63,733 nucleotides of DNA, taken from Sphaerodactylus townsendi. Its lineage: Eukaryota. Location: positions 140,616,268-140,680,000 of the forward strand of contig NC_059425.1 of assembly GCF_021028975.2 (NCBI RefSeq), in the 5' to 3' direction. Under the pieces are notes generated by a model. It saw nothing but the letters and a program-made list of their open reading frames with translations, was not told the origin of the DNA and searched no databases. Positions within the stretch are counted from its first letter, which is position 1. Each line of letters opens with the position of its first letter. The position numbers and the translations under genes are program-made. This document shows, piece by piece, positions 51,772 through 63,733 of the stretch.

Positions 51772-54700
51772 TAAGGCAGAATGGACAGAGACAACAGACA
51801 GTTCTTGAAAATGTTAAAATAAAAATATGAACCAAATATTCTAGTAACAAGGAAATATTCCAATGTAGTGATTTTTCTCTTAGAAGGAATATTTCATACT
51901 ATATCTAAAAGTTATTCTTCACTCTGGTGGAAAATTAATAATCAACTAGAACTTTCAGAGTTCAATCCTAAAGGAAGTTATACTCCCCTAAAACAATGGA
52001 TTTAGAAGGATGTAATTCTGTTTGGAATTACATTGTCCACCAGATACTTGAAACTAATCAACAACTGACTTTTTAACTAATTACATTGAACAATGTTGGG
52101 GATATTAAAACAATGTGACAGTTTCTTATGTGACATATTTAATGGTAATGTTTCAATTGTTTTAATGTTTTTATTCTTTTATGTTGTAGGCATTTTAGCT
52201 TTGGTGTTAATGAAATGTTAATAAAATGCCATTGTTTTATGGGTTTTCAGATGTGATTTTATTGTGTATGTTTTAATTTGTTAGGTGCCTTGGTGGCTGT
52301 TATGAGGGCATAAAGGCAGAGTATGAATTTTGTAAAAATAAATAAATTGTTTTAAATCATACAGTTTTATAAGGAAATCCATGTTTAATTGTTTAATTAA
52401 CAAACTGCAGTTGCCTTCTTAAATACTTTTTTCCATCAAGAAAATTCTGCCAGCTGCAGTGACACATGGAATCAAAATTGCATGAAAAGTAAACATGTTC
52501 AAAGCCCTTCAGATTGTCTTTATAGTCATAGATTTCAACAGTGGCCTGTTGTCCTTATCATTCTTAGGAAAGCACCTCTGCATCTGCGAAAAGTGGCAGA
52601 TCTTTTGTTCTGCCCACATAAGAACAGCATCAAGATTCATGAACCTCATGTTGCAATAATGGTCAGTGCTACCGTACATCACTAAAGCAATAACAACAGG
52701 TGCTGCTGAAAAGTGAAAGCCAATGGTTATAGGAACCACTACTGAGGAGTCTGAAGAGCTGATGGAACAGGGAGATGGTCAGCCTCCATAGCAAGGCATG
52801 GGGTAATTTAGTTTAATTAACAAACTGCAACCCAAGTAGTATATATAAGTAATAAACTATAATTAAAGAACTCTAGTTTGGGCTGGCACTGTTCATTTTT
52901 CATATGTCAATAGACTAATTGCTTATTCAATTCATGATTTAAACACTGTATGGTTTGTTAATTCTGTTGCCTTACATCAAGCACCCTATCCTATAGGAGA
53001 GATTAACACAAGAGATGGCTTGAGATTTCATTTTTGTCAGTGTCTTCTGTTGTTCTATGCACTATATTCCATGCCACTTTTCTGAATATCATCCAGGCTT
53101 TGGAAGCAAAGTTTGGCAATGTCCAGGGGCCTGCAGCTGTAGGGAGAAGTGGGAAACCCATATTCTATAAGCCCAATTCTAATGGTAGTTCTGTCCCAGC
53201 TGTGGATTTGAATGAAAGAGCTCAGAACATATTGTTGGTTTTTTAAATATTTTGGTTTATGTATTTTTATTGTTGTAAAATGAACCTGGCATCCAGAAAG
53301 GAGAAGCAGTTCTTTGTGGCTCTTACTTTCAGTCTTTAGAGGCTCAGGTTTTTTCTCCTGAAAGGATCATGGCACCTACAGAAGCACTTTTTGTTGCCTC
53401 CACTTCCTAATATGGTAAAAAGTTTAGTTTCAGATGGCAGGTGTGTTGCCTAAAATTGGAGTAGGAAGCGAGAGTTAATTAACACTTTCCTGTATTTTGG
53501 TAATATCTACTTTATTTACAAATGTACAGATAGAAAGGTAGAGGCACAGAGACACTACAACGAAGGAAATCTCGCCTCACCTCTGCTCTCTGAGTGAGAA
53601 AGAGAGATCCCGCACCCAAATGTCCTTCAGCTATCTTACTGCTGTCAGCTGCCCTCTTTCTTTGCACAGCATTTAAAACTATGCTTCCTTTTTATACAGA
53701 CACCCATCTTCCCCCTCCCTCCAACTAGTCATGAAGCTCATGTCTTCCAAGCTGCAAAGGACACTTGAACAAAAGTCATAGAGGAGAAACTGACCCACAG
53801 TGATCAGATGCCAAATCTAACACTTTGCCCTCACATTTGAAACTCTCCAGTTGGAAAATGGCCCTCTGAATCCTCACACATGCATAGTCAACAGTGCCCC
53901 CTCCCCCACATGCCAAATATAACAAACTTTTTTTGTTCTGATAGTGGCATTTTCTTAACATTTCGTGCAAAATTGCACACCTGTAAAAATATAATCAAAA
54001 GAAATGAAATGAAAATTGGGGTATAAATTACTATTACTAGGATTCATTTCAGTAACATTAACATGGTTGCTATGCAGTTACTAACAATTTGATAGGTCTT
54101 TGGGTGCAAGCTTTAGTTTACAGTACTTATATTTCACAGTGTTTCTGATCCTTTAAGGTTATTATGTAACTATTTTAATATGAATGACAACTATTAAGAA
54201 AATATTTGTGAAGATAATATGCAACATGATGGACAGATACCAGCTGTGTTGAAAGATAATAAATTCCTGCCATGAAAAACTTTAACCATGAGAGCGCAAG
54301 AATACATCTAATCTTGTTGGAAACGTCTCAATGTAAAAATGAGACTTGGAAGGAAATAATAGAAGGAAATTTGCTCCTCCCTCTTCTGCTTTACCTCAGT
54401 GGGATAATTTGAGCTGATTTTAGTAACTTCCTGTGTTATATAACTTTGCTAATAGGTATAGCATATAATATTTTTTCATCCAAGAAAAATACTTTCAATA
54501 TTTCTGTGCTTTTCTCCTGTGACTAGTGACTAATCATGATTAAATCCACGTGTTGCCCATGTGCTGTTTGTTTTATTCTTTGCTGCCAGGCATTTTGTGA
54601 TCCCTTTTTGAGATTGTTTTCCTCCTTTTCCATCCTGGTGTCTGACTTCTTTTTCATTTGTGGCTAGCAGCATAACTGTACCCATTATGATGTATTTGAT

Positions 54701-57430
54701 TTTATTAAAAAAAATTATATTTAAACTAAAGATATCTCTATGGTAGCTTTTCACTTTGCTTTATTCCTCCCTTGATGTTTTCTCCATCTCTTCCTTGCAC
54801 TTCTCCTCCCTTTCCCCTAAATTTACCAGCACCAACTTCTCAGGCAGCTGGACATACAGCCTGAGATGGCTGGGAACGATGCCACTGCCACACCACAGTG
54901 CCACCTACAGAGACCTTTCTGGAAGGACAGGGAGGCAGATTTTTTTTAAAAAAAAATCCACTGCCAGAAAGCCCTTCTGGGATAAATGGCCATACCACCT
55001 GAAAGTGTGGGGTAAGTTGCAGTCCTGGGCTGTGGTGTACCTTTCTGCAAAGCCGGAGTGTTAGCTGACTGACATCAGTTCCACCTCTGGGAACGCCCCA
55101 GTTCACCCTCAACCCTGCGGCCTACACTTCTGGGTTTTGCTGTCATAGAGCTAGGGGGTGGCTGGCCACCAATGCCTTTGCCCCCTCTGCCAACGGGGAT
55201 GCCCCTTGCACCAGCGTAGTGGGCAAACGCATCGGCAAATGTTGTGCTGCTCCTCAAAGCTGTTTTGCCCCTTCTTTGCTCTTCCATCAAGATAATTATA
55301 GTATTCTCCTTCCACATTTGATTTGACTCCATGGGATACCTTAGAATGGCCAGGGTCATCCAAAAATTGACAGATGAGTACAGATTTGATTGTAGATTTC
55401 CTCAATCCAAATCCAATTAAGTAAACATTATGTTATGTTGGCTTTCATAGAATGCACAAAGAGCTGAGTGAATCGCAGGTTATACATCCTTTTATACATA
55501 CACAGTTCAAGATGAAGAATTGCAAAGAAGGAATAATCAGTAATGTATTGTTCTCTAGTTTTATGATCTTTCTGAATTGATGAGCAACTGGCAACTATAC
55601 AGAAGTAAGCACTAATAAAAAAAATTGGCATTTGCAATGTGATTTCTTTTCTTAGGACAATGGAAAAGAAAGCCAATTATGCAATTGACTCAAATTGCCA
55701 AATACACCATTATCACTAACTGGGCTTTCCAAACTGTTAGGAATAAGTGAATGAAAAATGTCTGTTTTAAATTGGACATTGAGGATTTAATCTATGCAGA
55801 TAGTGACTCATTCAATCAGCTTTGGATAGAAGCAGTTGGATGTGAAGTGCTCTGAAAAAAAATGTTTTCCCAACAGTAATAAATAGTGCACTTTGAAGAG
55901 TGAGATGATCTGGGATTTCAGAATCTTGAACTAAAACTGATGCAGTTCAATTTGGCCTGCTTATATGATTTCAACATTGTTATAATGCCAAATATGAACA
56001 TAACATAGAACCACAATCCATACTCCCCCATGGGTATTTGCCATTTAGTTACTATTTTAAAATACTACACTTAAAGAAGATAAAATACAAATACAATGTC
56101 TTAAAAAGTATCCATCATCTTTGCTTTGGTATCTGATGTCTGAAAATTGCTAATCCATTTGGTTTAAAAGGAAAAAAGAAACAAAATCAATCTGACTGAA
56201 GTGTATTCATCTTCTTGGAGTTCACAACTGAATTTTGATGATTTTCACAACTCCCATGATCACTGATACAGGCTTTCAAACTCAAAATATGGTTTCAATT
56301 AGGCTGCCTTGAGGTGATTATAATCTTCACAAGAACCATTCAGAATAAGGCCAGACTGGTGGGCGCTACGCCACTGAGTAAGGCTTACTCCCTTGTACAA
56401 AATGCATAGAATTAGGCTGTCAATAATTGCAGTAGTGACTAGCACACATGCACTACTGGTGGTGAGGTTTCACAACCACCATAAAATGTAGGAATATATA
56501 CTAGGGATGCTATGAATTTCAATGCAAACACATTTAATGATTGAACTTATCATGTTTAAAGGTGGTTAGCAGATGGGAACATATTATTTGGTCTGTTTGG
56601 TTCGTGCCAAGCAGCCAAAAAAACCTTGCTTCAGGTGATCCCATCAGCAGCTATTAGTATGAATAAGAATTACTTTGACAAGCACTGCAGGGCAGGATTT
56701 TATTCAGACAGTATTTATTGACGATTGATTCACATAATTTGTGAATGGACTAATAGTTTATTTAAACAGTTGACTGCTGAGTGGAACAATAATGCAGCAA
56801 GAATTGGGAGGGTAGTATAACTCCTTCAGGCTGTGTGAGAAAGTGTATGCCTGAAAAGCCCTCCCTGCTGGGCCTGCCAGAAGTTTCCCATTCCTCCCCG
56901 GCCCTCTCCGAGTTCCTCAAGACAAAGCACAGCCCCACACTCACTTCTACTTATCAGAACCACAGAGTCCCATGTTGGTGCAGCAGACCCACCTCCATGG
57001 AGTATAAGGCATGGCTGAAGAGGCCGATGATAGGCAATGGAAACTCCAGGGCCGCAAAGCCCTCTGAACAAAACTCGCCCTCTGGGCCCAATGGCGGCAA
57101 GCCAGCAGTGCCCACCAGGTTGCGGTGGGGGGAAGAGAAAGGGGCAAATGGCCCCTGCCAGTTTTCACACAGGACCCAAGTGAGGTAGAAGGAATTCAGA
57201 TGGGAATGACATTGGGAGGAAGGAGGGGATAACAGGATGACAGCAAGACAGAAGGGGGAGAGTGATGGGAAAGGAGGGAAATGGGTTTTACTGCTAAATT
57301 CCTATATGAATTCCTATATGAATATCAATCCCATTTACCTTTAATTAACACTTTTGTAGAAGATATAACTGCAACAGGAATATGATTTACTGGGTATCTT
57401 TACAACCTGCAGACCCTTTATACTGACACA

Positions 57431-58449
57431 TCTATATATATAAAAAGCTAACAGTGATTTTGTTAGTCACTCCCTAACACCGAAACGGCTGGACGGATCG
57501 CCCCCAAATTTACACAAGACATTCCTCCCTGTTGCGGGCAGGTAATCGGACCTTCAAATTGCCGAAAGTCCATACCTGAGCCAGGTAAAATGTCTTTTTC
57601 CTGGCGCACCAGGCCATGAAACTGTTTGTGTTTAACTGTCACCCTTAGAATGTTTGTGCAGCATGTCTGTGGCCTGAGGGCTTGGGATGCCCTTAGAATG
57701 ATCGCTCAGATGGCCAGAGATGAGCAGTTAAAACAGTAAATAGGTAACACTGTTAAATAATATGACTGGAAGTGAACACATACACACTTTCCCATGTGAG
57801 ACACCAGATGGGGTCCCCCGCCCTCACATACAGGTAGCTTTCACTCTCTGTGCCTCACCCACTGCTACCACATAACACACATACTTTCATACACATCCAG
57901 CTCATCCTCACACACCTCACTCTGCCCTCCCTCACATCCAACCACCACTTACCCACTTCCTCACTCATATTCGCCACAGCTCTCTTTTACTAAAAGCGAG
58001 CTGGAGTTTGCCTTTTTCTTCTAAGAAAATCCACGGGGTGGGGGCGAACCAACACTACTGACTCCGTTTCTTTTGCACATGGCCCTTTAAGAACCCAGGG
58101 AGCTGGCCTCAATCCGAGCGCCTCACCATCCTGCCTCTGCTGCCTGACTGAGATAGCCTCCTTGCCCCAGTTCTGCCTTACCCAAGCCAGGACTATGCGT
58201 GTCAACCAGCCTCATGGACAGCGGGATTCGCACTCTGGACAGTTCCGTTGTGGAATGGAAAGGGTTACCTTATACTAAAAAAAGACACCACCATATAACA
58301 ATATGAATTGAAAAGGAAAAGAGGGATTCCATTTGACCACCACAAAAGGCTATGCTGGGGATTATTGGACCTGCATGGACATCTGTGTGGGTTGCAGACT
58401 GTGATGAGAAGGACAATTGCCACAGCAACGCGTGGCCGGGCCCCACTAG
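57431..58449 (+). mobile_element. Non-autonomous Helitron, same terminal family as 3759-4259
   Basis: A|TCTATATATATAAAAAGCTAAC ... GCCACAGCAACGCGTGGCCGGGCCCCACTAG|T. Confidence 0.88.
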
Positions 58450-58699
58450 TTTTATATAGATGGAAAAGTGCGTGAAACTGATTTTCTGATATCTATTGCC
58501 TTTGGCAAGAAGCTATACATGAAAGTAACAGCATATTAATATGGCACAGTGTTTAGTCAAGAGGCCTCTCCTTTTCCCTGTGTTTTCAAGTGTGTGGAGT
58601 GGGGAGAGAACATGAATCAATTTCTCCCTAGGCATCAAGGAACTATACAGGATTTCCAGTTGGGCAATTAAGATGCCTTGAAACCACATGGCAAGAACA

Positions 58700-60000
58700 C
58701 CGCAGAATGAGTTATCTAAACCTGGAGAAGAGAGTATTTTAAAATCCATTTAGTCCAAACACCTTCAGAAAATAATCTTGAAAGTCTTCTTCAGCAAACT
58801 GCATTACAAATCTCTCATGTGAATATTCCTGCACAGTTTTAGGATTTTGGATTCAATATGGCCCCACCTTTCAGAGTGATAAACAATCTCTAAGGATTTG
58901 TGAATCAAAGAAGTGACTTCACAGTTAAAGCAGAGGCATATTGAAAATTTGAATGTGGCGAGCCAGGTTCTTGTCTCCAAGAGGTGCTGTCCAGTCTCAA
59001 ATTTATATTTAATACATTTGACTTGTTCCAACTGGTGGCCTCTAACAGCCATTGAGAGGGCTTCCCAAAAGCTTGAGAACACCAAAATCTTAGGCAGTTT
59101 CCGCACGGCAGCAGAAGGGGTCGGGTTGGCGTAGATGACGCCGACCCGACCCCTCTGGGACCGTTCATGTGGAGGGCAGGGGGGTCGCGCAGGGCAGGGG
59201 GCATGTCTCCGGAGCGGTCGCGCAGGGCAGGGGGGGTGTTCCCTGGCCTCGGCGACGTGCCGGAGGGCCGCAGGACAGGTAGGTCGGCCTGACGGCGGCG
59301 CAGAGCTGCGCTGTCATCAGGCTGACCTACCTGTCCTGTGGCCCTCCGGCACATCGCCGAGGCCAGGGGACACGCCCCCCTGCCCTGTGCGACCGCTCCA
59401 GAGTCGCAGGACAGAGGGGGCGTGTCCCCAGGCCTTGGCGACGTGCCGGAGGGCCACAGGACAGGTAGGTTGCCTGGACATGGGGGGAGGGAAGGCGCCA
59501 TGGAGCCGCTGCCGTTCGCACGGCAGCGGCTCTGAGTCACCGTTTTCTAAAAACCTCGCTGTGCGAACAGCTCCCTGGGGGCGTTTTTGCCCCAGGGCGC
59601 CATATTCCGCCCGTGCGGAAAGGGCCTTAGATTTGTCAATTTCATCTCAAATTAATGCCATAACATTAATGTGAAGTTACACTGAGTTAGCAGTTAGGAG
59701 TGAGCGACATTGATAAGAAAAGTTTCTTTTGCAGGAAGAAATTGACAAGGGACAAACACAATAATGATTCCTTGTTGCTGCAGGTCATATTTGGCCAGAA
59801 ATGTGATTCTTTATATGTGGCAGTGGGCTATGTGTTTCTGTTCTTTCAGGCAATGGTGCCCACTCCAGTAAGTTTTTTATTCTGGGCTTCCATTTTGTGC
59901 AAACACCTGACCTTTATCCATCTCCCATATGGTTGCCCAACCTCCCGTTCAGCCATTTTCTCTTATCCCTCATCCTCTACTTTCAAAAGGAACATTTTTC
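58700..60000 (-). mobile_element. Degenerate LINE of the same family as 10668-11640, interrupted by a MITE
   Basis: FETGQHLLETRTWLATFKFSICLCFN aligns to LETGQNLLETRAWLNTFKYWIKLCFN; outer boundaries approximate. Confidence 0.55.
59093..59626. mobile_element. GC-rich Harbinger-type MITE with internal direct and inverted modules
   Basis: TIR GGCAGTTTCCGCACGG / CCGTGCGGAAAGGGCC; TSD TTA. Confidence 0.88.
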
Positions 60001-60407
60001 TCTGTTATATAGAACTAGCAATGTAAAGTGAAGGCAGAGGTACACATTAGCATGGTTGATTAGATCAGCTTTGTCAATTCACTTAGAATCTGTGATCTTA
60101 ATCCTCAGAGATATAAACTAGAATGGCCACTTGAATCAGCTTTGTCAATTTCATATGGAACTACTGATGTAACTACTGATGATTAGGACAGAGGGTAATT
60201 TTGAAGCTGGGAAAGAACTGAAAAGAGTAATAGGAGTAAATCACTGCATGTAACTGGGTGCTGTTGAAGTTATAATTTTGATATTAGGATGCTGCATTTT
60301 AATGGGGTTAATTTTAGCATATAGAGCTATATTTAACTTTGATTTTATTTGTGCTCTATTTGTTTGTTCTGTTCGCCGCCCTGAGCCCTTTGGGGGAGGG
60401 CGGTTTA

Positions 60408-60470
60408 TAAATAAATAAATAATAAAATAATAAAATAATAAAATAATAAAATAATAAAATAATAAAATAA
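60408..60470. repeat. (ATAAAATA)n expanded L2-type tail
   Basis: Follows GGGGAGGGCGGTTTATAAAT. Confidence 0.8.
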
Positions 60471-61610
60471 TTGTGCATTACTAGAGATCAAATTTGACTT
60501 GAAAATATGGTTCTTAGTAGAGAAAGGGCTTTGTGTTTCTGTTCCTCCAGGTAATGGTGCAGAAAATGTTTTGCCTTCCATTTTGTGTTGGTAATTCTCA
60601 GTACTGGTGGAGGCTGAAATATTTTTGAATTGTTGCTTCAAAATGTAACTGCACAGTAGCACTAGAGCAGCTGCACAAAAGAAAAAGAGAGGGGACGGTT
60701 GTTCTTCTGAACCATGGATGACAAGACATCCCACCACCATCCGGGATAATACATTTTCACCAGTAGCATATGCAATAAACACAAGGGGAAGTGAGAAGAA
60801 CCAAAAGAATAGAAGGAAAGGAGCTGTGCAGAATGATTTTACAGAAAATGTTCCCAAGACACAAGATCTGACCACTGGGAAAATCTGTACTAAACTGTGC
60901 ATGTAGAAAAGGCCTCTTTCTCACTGCTTGCTCAAATATACCCTTCTGATACAAACACTTCTTAAACTTATTTTTTTTGGAAAGAATCAAGGATGTCTGA
61001 AGCAATTAGCCTATGAAGTAAAATCCATTTAATCCATAAACCTTGGCAAAAATGAAACTTCTTTAAAGATTAAGGTCAACTGACGTGTAATTTTTCCACA
61101 ATTTTTATGTATACATTTGATTTCATTCTTCCTGTTTATAAAACACTGATTTTGTGGTTCATTTACACGGAGAAAAAGTGTTAATAGTTAAGACTAAAAT
61201 CACATTTGTTTTATGTTTGCTTTTATTGGCATAACCCATGATGTATGCTGGAAATCTAGAGGTAGAAAATCCAATCCTACAGTACTCCAGAGGTGCCTGT
61301 GCCTCATCACTTCCATGTTCCAGAATGACATACTATGGAATGCATATATGAAAGCCAATTTAGCTGAATCCCAGTGGAAATCAGCAACAGAACAATCCCC
61401 ACTCATCCAAAACAATCCCATTAAATCAGACAGATAAACTTTGTTCACATTTATAACAGTGTTCCTGAACATTATCTGCTTTTGGACCTGACATTCACAT
61501 TTAGACATTATGGCCAACCATGACAGTAACTAGAGTTAGGAATAGTAATTATTTCTCATGTTCAGTGTCATGATTCACTGTGTTGTAGTGCAACACTCAG
61601 CATTGCACTT

Positions 61611-63733
61611 GAACATAAGAACATAAGAACAAGCCAGCTGGATCAGACCAAAGTCCATCTAGCCCAGCTCTCTGCTACTCGCAGTGGCCCACCAGGTGCC
61701 TTTGGGAGCTCACATGTAGGATGTGAACGCAATGGCCTTCTGCGGCTGTTGCTCCCGATCACCTGGTCTGTTAAGGCATTTGCAATCTCAGATCAAGAAG
61801 GATCAAGATTGGTAGCCATAAATCGACTTCTCCTCCATAAAGCTGTCCAAGCCCCTTTTAAAGCTCTCCAGGTTAGTGGCCATCACGACCTCCTGTGGCA
61901 GCATATTCCAAACACCAATCACACGTTGCGTGAAGAAGTGTTTCCTTTTATTAGTCCTAATTCTTCCCCCCAGCATTTTCAATGAATGCCCCCTGGTTCT
62001 AGTATTGTGAGAAAGAGAGACAAATTTCTCTCTGTCAACATTTTCTACCCCATGCATAATTTTGTAGACTTCAATCATATCCCCCCTCAGCCGCCTCCTC
62101 TCCAAACTAAAGAGTCCCAAACGCTGCAGCCTCTCCTCATAGGGAAGTTGCTCCAGTCCCTCAATCATCCTTGTTGCCCTTCTCTGCACTTTTTCTATCT
62201 CCTCAATATCCTTTTTGAGATGCGGTGACCAAAACTGGACACAGTACTCCAAGTGCGGTCGCACCACTGCTTTATATAAGGGCATGACAATCTTTGCAGT
62301 TTTATTCTCAATTCCTTTCCTAATGATCCCCAGCATAGAGTTTGCCTTTTTTACAGCTGCCATGCATTGAGTTGACATTCCCATGGAACTATCAACTAAG
62401 ACGCCTAAATCCCTTTCCTGGTCTGTGACTGATAGCACTGACCCCTGTAGCGTGTATGTGAAGTTTGGATTTTTTGCCCCTATGTGCATCACTTTACATT
62501 TTGCTACATTGAACTGCATTTGCCATTTCTGAGCCCACTCACCTAATTTATCAAGGTCCGCTTGGAGCTCTTCGCAATCCTTTGTGGTTCTCACCACCCT
62601 ACATAATTTGGTATCATCTGCAAACTTGGCCACCACGCTACCCACCCCTACTTCCAGGTCATTTATGAATAGGTTAAAGAGCACTGGTCCCAAAACGGAT
62701 CCTTGGGGGACACCACTCCCGACATCTCTCCATTGTGAGAACTTCCCATTCCCATTCCCTTGCTGGCTTCTATACACACACACACTCTTTGTTTCCTGTT
62801 TCTCAACCAGTTTTTAATCCATAGGAGGACTTCCCCTCTTATTCCTTCATTGCTGAGTTTTCTCAACAGTCTCTGGTGAGGAACTTTGTCAAAAGCCTTT
62901 TGGAAATCCAAGTAGACAATGTCCACTGGTTCAGCCTTGTCCACATGCCTGTTTACACCCTCAAAGAACTCTAGTAAGTTTGTAAGACAGGATTTGCCTC
63001 TGCAAAAGCCATGCTGACTCTTTCTCAGCAGGTCTTGCTTTTCTACATGTTTTATAATTTTATCTTTAATGATAGATTCTACTAATTTACCAGGAACAGA
63101 TGTCAAACTGACTGGCCTGTAATTTCCCGGTTCCCCCCTAGATCCTTTCTTAAAGATTGGTGTGACATTGGCCATCTTCCAGTCTTCAGGGATGGAGCCT
63201 GATTTCAGGGATAAGTTGCATATTAAAGTGAAAAGATCAGCAATTTCATGCTTGAGCTCTTTAAGTACTCTTGGGTGAATGCAATCTGGGCCAGGGGATT
63301 TGGTAACATTTAGTTTATCAATGGCTGCCAGAACTTCTTCCTTGTCTACCACTATCTTCGCTAGTTCCTCGGATTTGCCTCCTAAGAAGCTTGGTTCAGG
63401 TGCAGGAATGTTCCTCACCTCCTCTTGGGTGAAGACAGATGCAAAGAATTCGTTCAGCTTCTCTGCAATCTCCCTGCCATCTTTTAGCACACCCTTTGTT
63501 CCTTTGTCATCTAACGGGCCTACCGCTTCCCTTGCTGGCTTCCTGCTTTTGATGTACTTGAAGAACTGTTTGTTGCTGGTCTTGATGTTTGCAGCCATGC
63601 GTTCCTCATAATCCTTTTTTGCCTCCCTTACAGCTAACTTGCTTCTCTTTTGCCACCATTTGTGTTCCCTCTCATATTCTTCATCAGCCAAACTGGACTT
63701 CCATTTTCTAAAAGACATTTTCTTTTTTCTGAT
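61611..63733 (-). mobile_element. Young CR1 LINE; ORF2 reverse transcriptase continues beyond the window end, one frameshift
   Basis: ORFs 62663-63718 and 61803-62783: NYRPVSLTS, YLDFQKAFD, GVPQGSVLGP, FADDTKL, HLEYCVQFW; 3' tail (GTTCTTAT)n at 61611-61630. Confidence 0.97.

Noticed and set aside
51165-51850. 221-aa and 123-aa ORFs
   Set aside because: Run through a GC-rich MITE bounded by TIRs and a TSD
55075-55405. Protein-like ORFs (ARGIPVGRGGKGIGGQPPP)
   Set aside because: No splice support; adjacent sequence resembles a decayed GC-rich repeat
58905-59674. 211-aa and 179-aa repetitive ORFs
   Set aside because: Products of the internally repeated MITE

Overview
Vertebrate nuclear DNA, repeat-rich and gene-poor. 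The repeat repertoire (Squam3-like SINEs, SPIN MITE, Penelope, CR1, L2, R4/Dong) points to a squamate, probably a gecko (inference). One protein-coding gene can be assembled by hand: a 3-exon, 132-aa CFAP141/C1orf189-family gene on + (12724-21857) with an RFX X-box and CCAAT box upstream. Its first intron appears to hold a compact, multi-exon, polyadenylated antisense transcript starting from a CpG-rich region near exon 2. A second, orphan low-GC CpG island (about 36.6-38.6 kb) may drive a spliced noncoding + strand transcript. Mobile elements include two non-autonomous Helitrons with shared termini, Penelope-like remnants (one with an intact minimal hammerhead ribozyme), a young CR1 ORF2 broken by a templated micro-insertion, a Gmr1-type Gypsy integrase fragment, solo LTRs, R4/Dong, RTE-X-like and L2 fragments, and many Harbinger-type and hAT MITEs. 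There is one assembly gap (43837-43964). Family names come from recalled consensus motifs, not from database searches. No prokaryote-type system (CRISPR, operon, rRNA, genuine tRNA) is supported.
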